A stretch of DNA of 64,000 nucleotides from Rhodothermales bacterium (GTDB taxonomy: Bacteria > Bacteroidota > Rhodothermia > Rhodothermales > VXPQ01), in the NCBI GenBank assembly GCA_965248175.1, contig OZ252093.1, positions 2,782,406 through 2,846,405 on the forward strand. The letters run 5' to 3'. The notes under the pieces are model-generated. The model had not been told where the DNA came from and made no database searches. It saw only the letters and a list, made by a program, of their open reading frames with translations. The translations under genes and the position numbers were made by a program. Shown here in pieces: positions 58,066-64,000 of the stretch (within the stretch, counting starts at the first letter, position 1; every line of letters begins with the position of its first letter).

Positions 58066-60611
58066 GCCCCTGATGCAGAGGAGCGAATCTGCCGGCGTCT
58101 GCGGCGCCAGCCCATCGCCAGCAACATAATAACGCCCCCATACACCAGCACCGTCGAACCGGCGCCTACCGCCACGCCAATACGATGCCGGGGCGGATCG
58201 AAGCGCAAGACCACCTCATGGACGCCCGCGGGAACCGGCACGCCGCGTAACAAATGATCGACCTGCAAAATGGAGGTCTCCTCGCCGCCGACCGTAGCCT
58301 CCCACCCGGCGGGGTAGAACACTTCACTGAGCACCAGCAACCGGGGAGCATCCGTCGCCACATCCAGCACGATTTCATGCGGCGACCAGGCCCGCATGCG
58401 GACGTTCGCCGTACTTCCCGAATCGACAGGAACCGGATCCATGTCGAGCGGGTCGTACAGAAGAGCCGTTCGGCGAAGATCGAACGCCGGATCGCGCAGA
58501 CGCGCCCATGCAGCGGGCGGATCGTTCGCCATCTCCACCTCGCCGACAAGCCAGGCCCGGGGCGGAACATCCATGTTTTCAAGCACCAAAAGACCGGTCT
58601 GTTCCCCCCGATAGACCGCATCCAGGCCGGGAAGCGGGGATGGGGAAATCACGTAGCGGACCCCGAGCAGATCCAGTGCGTTCTCGTTCGGCAAACGTGT
58701 GGCCGGATCTGCATACAACTCGTCGATATAGTCCTGCGCCAGACGAAGTTTCGCACCGTGGTACCCGCCGACGGATTCGTAATGGTAGGATGGACGGGCA
58801 TGCTGAAACGGGGTCCCTGTTTCAAGCGAAAGCACGCGGAAGCGCCCCGGACCGCCGGCGTTTTCCTGCTGCCCGAGAATGTAATTGTCCACGTCGTACG
58901 TGGGTATCTGCTCCTCAATGGCGCTCGAACGAACCAGATCGTCCTTGTTGAAATACCGCCTGCCGACGCCCCACAAGTCCACCACCACGAGCAAAACAAG
59001 GACGGCCTGCAACACCCATCGGGGCGCCTTACCCATCTGGAAAAGCAGAATCATGCCGCCTGCAAGCAGCAGAAAGAACAACGACCGCCGCATCTCGGAC
59101 CGGAATGTATCTTCCCGGAGAGCGCGCTGCTCATCAATGTAGCCGCGCACGTAGGGCGCCAGACGCGGATCGTTCGGAGAAATGTCCGGCTGCTGCGCGA
59201 GCAGCGCCTGCGTTACCTGCGCTTCCTCGCCGGTGCGCTCGAAATCGTAGAAGGCGCCGGGCAACAGCATGAGCACAAGTAGCAGCCCGGAAACGCCCCC
59301 GAATATCCACCGGAACGTGCGACGGGCGGCAGGATCGCCGCCGGGGCCCGTATCCCTGCCCAATCCGCGCAGCCCGAACGCAGCCAGGAGCGCCAGCGCA
59401 AATGCGGTAAGCGCCAACCAACTCTCAGGCACGCGAAAGGCATTGAACAGGGGGAAATGCTCGTACATGAAGCGATTCAGCAACGCAAAATGAGACCCCA
59501 GCGAAAACAGCGTGGCGAACAACGCCATGAGGGAAAGCACAAGCACGCCCCGATGTCTCCATTGCCTCACCGCAAACACCGCCAGCAACAACACGATCGG
59601 ACCCACATAGTGTGGCCCTGACGTAAACGGCTTCGGGCCCCAGTAGGTCGGACTGGCGCCCCCGTACGCATCTGCCGCAAGCAACGTAACCAGTTCCCCC
59701 CTGCCCTGGCTCCAGCCCATGGCATAGGCCCAGTCCAGGCCGGAGAGCGCCGCATCCACGGCCCCCCGGATGGTATACGTCTTGTACTCGAAATGGAGCA
59801 GATAGGGCTGCGCCACAAGCAGCAACCCCAGTACGCCGCCGAGCGCCAGCCAGGCGGTGGCCACGCCAAACGGCTTCCAGTCTTTCCGCATGCCGGCGTA
59901 CACGGCCTCGACCACCCACCAGACACCCAGCAGAAACGCTACGTAATACGTGATCTGTACATGCCCGCCCCGCAAATTGACGCCCAGCGCTATCGCAAAA
60001 AGCAGGGCGGACAACAAGCCCGGGCGCCGGAGCGCCGAGACAAACGCCAGCACCAGCCAGGGCGCAAAGCACAGGGTGATGAACCGCGAATTGTGCCCTG
60101 CTATCAGAATGAACGTCATGTAGGTGGTCAGGCCGTACGCAGCAGCGGCCAGCACCCCGGCAAAGCGGTCCTTCGTCAAAAAGAAGGCAAGAAAATAGGC
60201 GCCGAGCAGCAACACGAGAAAATGAGAAACCGGCCAGATCACTTTCCGGAGCAGCGCCGGAATATCGTCGAGTTGGGGCACCTTCTCGGCATAGGCGATC
60301 ATGTATCCGGGCATGCCGCCGAAGGCGTTCGGGGCCCATAGTGCCTGCCGGCCTGTCTCCTCCTTGTAATCGAGCATGTACTCCGCCATGGCGCGCCACC
60401 GCACCGTATCATCCCCGATCAGGGATCGGTCCGAGAACACGGCGGGGGCGAAAAACCCGAATGCGATGACAAACAGCACGCCGATACACACGATGTGCCG
60501 GGTGCGCCCGTCGAGACGATCCCAGAGCCCCGTTTCGTTCCGGTTCCGGATGTTCGCGGAAGAGGAGCCTCGCGCCGGGGTGGTTTTTTTTCTGCCTCGT
60601 GCTCGGGCCAT
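58062..60611 (-). CDS. YfhO-family polytopic membrane protein
   Basis: 849 aa with more than 10 transmembrane segments in the N-terminal two-thirds and a soluble C-terminal domain plus a terminal transmembrane segment. This layout and size are typical of YfhO. It overlaps the downstream GT gene by 4 nt. Confidence 0.6.
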   Translation of the reverse strand: MARARGRKKTTPARGSSSANIRNRNETGLWDRLDGRTRHIVCIGVLFVIAFGFFAPAVFSDRSLIGDDTVRWRAMAEYMLDYKEETGRQALWAPNAFGGMPGYMIAYAEKVPQLDDIPALLRKVIWPVSHFLVLLLGAYFLAFFLTKDRFAGVLAAAAYGLTTYMTFILIAGHNSRFITLCFAPWLVLAFVSALRRPGLLSALLFAIALGVNLRGGHVQITYYVAFLLGVWWVVEAVYAGMRKDWKPFGVATAWLALGGVLGLLLVAQPYLLHFEYKTYTIRGAVDAALSGLDWAYAMGWSQGRGELVTLLAADAYGGASPTYWGPKPFTSGPHYVGPIVLLLAVFAVRQWRHRGVLVLSLMALFATLFSLGSHFALLNRFMYEHFPLFNAFRVPESWLALTAFALALLAAFGLRGLGRDTGPGGDPAARRTFRWIFGGVSGLLLVLMLLPGAFYDFERTGEEAQVTQALLAQQPDISPNDPRLAPYVRGYIDEQRALREDTFRSEMRRSLFFLLLAGGMILLFQMGKAPRWVLQAVLVLLVVVDLWGVGRRYFNKDDLVRSSAIEEQIPTYDVDNYILGQQENAGGPGRFRVLSLETGTPFQHARPSYHYESVGGYHGAKLRLAQDYIDELYADPATRLPNENALDLLGVRYVISPSPLPGLDAVYRGEQTGLLVLENMDVPPRAWLVGEVEMANDPPAAWARLRDPAFDLRRTALLYDPLDMDPVPVDSGSTANVRMRAWSPHEIVLDVATDAPRLLVLSEVFYPAGWEATVGGEETSILQVDHLLRGVPVPAGVHEVVLRFDPPRHRIGVAVGAGSTVLVYGGVIMLLAMGWRRRRRQIRSSASGA

Positions 60612-60622
60612 AGCCGGATACG

Positions 60623-60910
60623 CTATTCGATTACTTTGGGAACACGAAAATACGCGGCGTCCGCATCAGGGGCTCCCTTGAGCGCCTCCTCGTGCGTGAT
60701 CCGCGCTATCTCCTTGTCTTCCCGGAACACGTTGCGCATATCCAGTACATGCGACATCGTCGGAACGCCGTCGGTGTCGAGTTCCTCCAGTTTTGCTACG
60801 TAATCGAGCACCTCGCTCATTTCTTTTGCAAGCCGCACTTCTTCCTCTTCGGTGAAGCGAAGCCGGGCAAGCGAAGCAATGTATCGTACCTGTTCTACCG
60901 TGACAGCCAT
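60623..60910 (-). CDS. gatC: Asp/Glu-tRNA amidotransferase subunit C
   Basis: 'MAVTVEQVRYIASLARLRFTEEEE...LEELDTDGVPTMSHV'. Start moved to ATG 60910. Confidence 0.85.
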   Translation of the reverse strand: MAVTVEQVRYIASLARLRFTEEEEVRLAKEMSEVLDYVAKLEELDTDGVPTMSHVLDMRNVFREDKEIARITHEEALKGAPDADAAYFRVPKVIE

Positions 60911-60936
60911 ATAATCGGACAGAGTGGGAAGAAATA

Positions 60937-61707
60937 TCATGCGGAAGCAGCAGCGAGGGGCCCTGCGAGGCGCTCGCGCACATACGCCATAAGACCAGGT
61001 ATGTCCCGTCGCGTCTTTCCTTCAAGGGAAATCGGCTCCCCGACGACCATGTGCAGCACGCCGCCGCGCAGGAGCCGCTTGCGTTCGTGCAGAAGCTTGT
61101 AGCCATCGACGATGGTTACGGGCGCCATCGGGACGCCCGCCTCCACCGCCAGGGCAAACCCGCCTTTGAGGAGCGGCTGAAGATGCGGCCCGTGCGAGCG
61201 GGTTCCCTCGGCGAACACAAGAACCGAATCGCCGCCGCGAATACGTTCACCGGCTTTACGCAGGCTCTGCAGGGCGCTCCTGGGAGCACTCCGGTCAATG
61301 AAGACCGACGCCGAGTTCCGTATGGCAAAACCCAGAAAAGGTACGCGGGCCAATTCCGTCTTGGCAAGAAACCCGAAGGAATATGGGAGTGCTGCACTCA
61401 ATGCAAGAATATCCAGCAAATTCTGGTGATTGCTTATAAATACGGTTGGGGCATCCCTGTCGATCCCGGCCCGGTCCGTGACATGCACCCGGATGCCGCT
61501 CAAGCCGAGGATGAGGCCACCCCACACACGCCCATTCCGCTTGAAATTACGCGCCGTTGGATAGACCTGATGGGTGACCAGTTGCACAAAGGCCACGACA
61601 ATGGTCCAGAGCGCCGCCACGATAATAAACCATATGAAATGCAGGCGGGCAGCCAGCGTAGCAAGCTTGCTCTCCGAGGCGGATCCTACGGGCGTTTGCC
61701 GGCTCAT
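60937..61707 (-). CDS. plsC: 1-acyl-sn-glycerol-3-phosphate acyltransferase
   Basis: 'FISNHQNLLDIL' H-x4-D motif and 'FAEGTRS'. The likely start is ATG 61707 (before the transmembrane segment). Confidence 0.8.
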   Translation of the reverse strand: MSRQTPVGSASESKLATLAARLHFIWFIIVAALWTIVVAFVQLVTHQVYPTARNFKRNGRVWGGLILGLSGIRVHVTDRAGIDRDAPTVFISNHQNLLDILALSAALPYSFGFLAKTELARVPFLGFAIRNSASVFIDRSAPRSALQSLRKAGERIRGGDSVLVFAEGTRSHGPHLQPLLKGGFALAVEAGVPMAPVTIVDGYKLLHERKRLLRGGVLHMVVGEPISLEGKTRRDIPGLMAYVRERLAGPLAAASA

Positions 61708-61971
61708 GGCGTTTTGAGGGCTGGGCTGTTTTGCGAATCCGGTCAGGTCGGGCAACAGGGAGTTTCCGGGTTGCACTCCGGCATAACCGTACAGTCGCTG
61801 CAAAAAATCATCCCGTAAAATATGGCCCGCGGCAACGCCGAACACAGCACGGCATAGCGCATCCTGGAAATAACGCCATGCGAATCGCGGCATGGCGTGT
61901 AACATACGGAACCGTCCATACGTATAGGATACGTATCAAGGGCAGCTTTTTTTCATCCTATCGCAAACGAC

Positions 61972-62301
61972 ATGCAGAACGATCTGAACGACCTGTCTCG
62001 GGAAACAATCCAGAAAATCAGGATCAAGGGCAATCAACTGATTGACAGGGTCCGCGAGGTAATCGAGGAAGGAAACGCACAGCGCATCCTGGTACAAAAG
62101 GGCGACCGAACCGTTATGGAATTCCCGCTGGTGCTCGGCGTCGGAGGCACGGTGGCGGCCATCATGCTGGCGCCTACCCTTGCGGCCATCGGTGCTTTCG
62201 CAGCGCTCGTCAGCGATATCCATGTCGTCATAGAACGGCGGGAAAGCGAATCCGTCGAGGAGAATCAAGAGGAATCTGTAGCGGAGACAAACGACGCCTG
62301 A
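61972..62301 (+). CDS. DUF4342-domain protein
   Basis: 'NAQRILVQKGDRTVMEFPLVLGVGGTVAAIMLAPTLAAIGAFAALV' is the typical DUF4342 pattern. Confidence 0.6.
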   Translation: MQNDLNDLSRETIQKIRIKGNQLIDRVREVIEEGNAQRILVQKGDRTVMEFPLVLGVGGTVAAIMLAPTLAAIGAFAALVSDIHVVIERRESESVEENQEESVAETNDA

Positions 62302-62379
62302 CCAACGAAACGTCCCGCGACGTCAATCGTAACGGCAGGCATCGATTCCGCCCTTTCCCTATTTCCGTGCGCCTTTCCC

Positions 62380-63357
62380 GTGTCGGAACGCCTCGTTACG
62401 TATCCGGATATTGAAGCGGCAGCCGAGCGCATTGCAGACATCGCGCGCCGCACGCCGGTCCATACGTCCTCCACGTTCGATAAACAGTTCGGGGCGCGCT
62501 TCTTCTTCAAGTGCGAACAATTCCAGCGCACCGGTTCCTTCAAGTTCCGCGGCGCCTGCAATGCCCTGTCCCTCCTGCCGGCAGATGAAAAAGAGCGGGG
62601 TGCGCTAACCTACTCGTCGGGCAACCATGCCCAGGCGCTGGCCCTTGCGGGCCGCCTGCTCGGCGTGCCCATCACGGTCGTCATGCCGTCCGATGCGCCC
62701 CGGATCAAGCTGGAGGCAACACGCGGCTACGGCGCCGACATCGTCCTGTACGACCGGGAACGCACCACGAGAGAGGCGCTTGCTGCAGAGATTGCCGGGG
62801 AGCGGGGCCTGTCCGTCATTCCGCCGTACGATCATCCCCATATTGTGGCCGGGCAGGGGACGAGTGCCCGGGAACTGATGGAGGAAGTCGAGGGCCTTGA
62901 CCTGCTCCTCGCAAGCTGCGGAGGGGGAGGATTGTTGTCCGGATCGGCCATCTCCGCAAGCGCCTTGCAGCCTGCATGCCGCGTAGCCGGTGTAGAGCCG
63001 GCGAATGCAGACGATGCGACCCGTTCTTTCCGGACCGGTACGCTGCATACGGTGCATAACCCCGATACGATCGCCGACGGCGCCCGGACCCCCTCGCTCG
63101 GCGCAACGACGTTCCCGCTTGTACGCACGTATGTGGACGCCATGTATACGGTCCGGGAAATCTCCATTGTGCGCGCCATGCACTTTCTGTGGCAGCGCAT
63201 GAACCTTGTCGTCGAGCCTACCGGCGCCTTGGCCGTCGCCTTGCTTTTCGAGGAAGATCGCCCGGCATTACCCGAACGGATCGGCATAATCATTAGTGGG
63301 GGCAATGTCGAACTCGCTGCCGCGGTGCGGCTGTTCGAGGCATTCGGCCTGGAGTGA
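62380..63357 (+). CDS. PLP-dependent serine/threonine dehydratase family (threo-3-hydroxyaspartate ammonia-lyase-like)
   Basis: 'QRTGSFKFRGA' PLP-lysine motif, 'SSGNHAQA' and 'GGGGLLSG'. GTG start. Confidence 0.8.
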   Translation: MSERLVTYPDIEAAAERIADIARRTPVHTSSTFDKQFGARFFFKCEQFQRTGSFKFRGACNALSLLPADEKERGALTYSSGNHAQALALAGRLLGVPITVVMPSDAPRIKLEATRGYGADIVLYDRERTTREALAAEIAGERGLSVIPPYDHPHIVAGQGTSARELMEEVEGLDLLLASCGGGGLLSGSAISASALQPACRVAGVEPANADDATRSFRTGTLHTVHNPDTIADGARTPSLGATTFPLVRTYVDAMYTVREISIVRAMHFLWQRMNLVVEPTGALAVALLFEEDRPALPERIGIIISGGNVELAAAVRLFEAFGLE

Positions 63358-63374
63358 TGGGGGTCATCTGAGCG

Positions 63375-63998
63375 TCAATACCGGACCGGACGGATAGGAT
63401 CGAACGATGCAGGCTGTGCCGCCTTGCCGACCCGGCGGTACGAGCGGTCGAAATAAACAAGGGGCCGCCTGCCTGCATCGGCTTCCCGGATATCCGTAAC
63501 GAGCCCTAATACGATGGAGTGGTCGCCGGCGTCGTACACCGCATGGCGAAGACACAGAAACACCACCATGGCCTCCGCAAGCACGGGTGCGCCATGGGCA
63601 TCCATGGTGTACTCAAGCGCGTCAAATTGCTCGGCGCCCGTCATGTCCGGAATAGCAAAGCGATCCGAGAGATGCGCCTGCCCTTCGTGCAGGACATGCA
63701 GGGCAAAACGATCAGCACGGGTCAGGAGATCATACATTCCTGCATCCCGGCTGATATTGAACGAAAGGAGCGGGGGCTGCAGCGAGGCGCTCGTAAACGA
63801 ACCGATCGTAATGCCGCGCATCTCCCCGTTGCCATCGGACGCCGTTACGGCGGACACCGGTGACGGCACCTGGCGCATGACGCGACGCAGCGCTTCCCCT
63901 TCCTCATAGGGCATATCCCGCTCTGCTCCAGGCATGTCCCGTTGTGTTCCAGGCACATCCCGCTCTGCTCCAGGCATGTCCCGCGGCGCTCCGGTCAT
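63375..63998 (-). CDS. Flavin reductase-like (FMN-binding split barrel) protein. The 5' end is repeat-rich and sits at the window edge.
   Basis: 'VPSPVSAVTA...GITIGSFTSASLQPPLLSFNI' is a flavin-reductase pattern. The true start may be ATG 63912 (MPYEEGE) or lie beyond the window. Confidence 0.7.
   Translation of the reverse strand: MTGAPRDMPGAERDVPGTQRDMPGAERDMPYEEGEALRRVMRQVPSPVSAVTASDGNGEMRGITIGSFTSASLQPPLLSFNISRDAGMYDLLTRADRFALHVLHEGQAHLSDRFAIPDMTGAEQFDALEYTMDAHGAPVLAEAMVVFLCLRHAVYDAGDHSIVLGLVTDIREADAGRRPLVYFDRSYRRVGKAAQPASFDPIRPVRY
63910..63993. repeat. Tandem repeat, 4 x 21 nt
   Basis: Units start at 63910, 63931, 63952 and 63973. The consensus is ggcatgtcccgctctgctcca, and the minus strand encodes (PGAERDM)n. 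Confidence 0.85.
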
Positions 63999-64000
63999 GT

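Noticed and set aside
20789-60399. Other long antisense or alternate-frame ORFs in the track (for example 20789..21790, 23250..24242, 25537..26349, 26111..27190, 31711..32477, 38657..40027, 43004..44038, 45862..47112, 47857..48705, 47949..49034, 55879..57252, 57301..58257, 58254..59282, 59425..60399).
   Set aside because: Each overlaps a gene with clear family motifs on the other strand or frame. The compositions are Arg/Pro/Ala/Gly-biased, as expected for GC-rich shadow ORFs.

Overview
This is a 64-kb, high-GC chromosomal segment. It probably comes from a Bacteroidota/Rhodothermota-type bacterium. That is an inference from a T9SS C-terminal sorting domain, CarboxypepD_reg-type TonB-dependent receptors, YfhO, a menaquinone operon and an lptC/OstA/lptB cluster. 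Most genes lie on the minus strand. The core backbone (about 11.2-50.3 kb and 53.4-64 kb) is ordinary housekeeping: a sugar-utilisation cluster, TonB receptors, kdgK, csp, dsbD, rplI-rpsR-rpsF, prfA, DAHP synthase, lpt genes, menFDBAE, an exopolysaccharide/glycosyltransferase cluster, gatC and plsC. I saw no rRNA genes, tRNA genes or CRISPR arrays. There are two accessory patches. (1) Bases 1 to about 11.1 kb form a lower-GC stacked defence island. It holds an edge-truncated DNA methyltransferase of more than 930 aa that is absent from the ORF track. It also holds a SIR2-HerA pair with a tightly linked KTSC gene, and a GmrSD-like (DUF262/DUF1524) type IV restriction gene. That gene has been split by a 2,575-bp IS1595-family transposon. 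The transposon has perfect 23-bp inverted repeats (IRs) and an 8-bp target-site duplication (TSD). Behind its transposase it carries a translationally coupled type II restriction-modification (R-M) operon plus a small basic ORF. Removing the element and one TSD copy restores an intact 594-codon gene. This is the most interesting structure in the window. (2) Bases 50.3-53.3 kb contain an internally deleted IS3-family remnant, a 5'-truncated low-GC collagen-like/NHL gene and a second, simple IS1595 copy. This patch is bracketed by diverged direct repeats of about 250 bp that contain the ybbR leader and its first 13 codons. Smaller observations include a frameshifted fucose-isomerase-family gene and several in-frame tandem repeats (in a heptad-repeat protein, the S6 tail, menD and the 5' end of a flavin reductase gene). 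All functional calls rest on motifs I recognised by eye. No database search was run.
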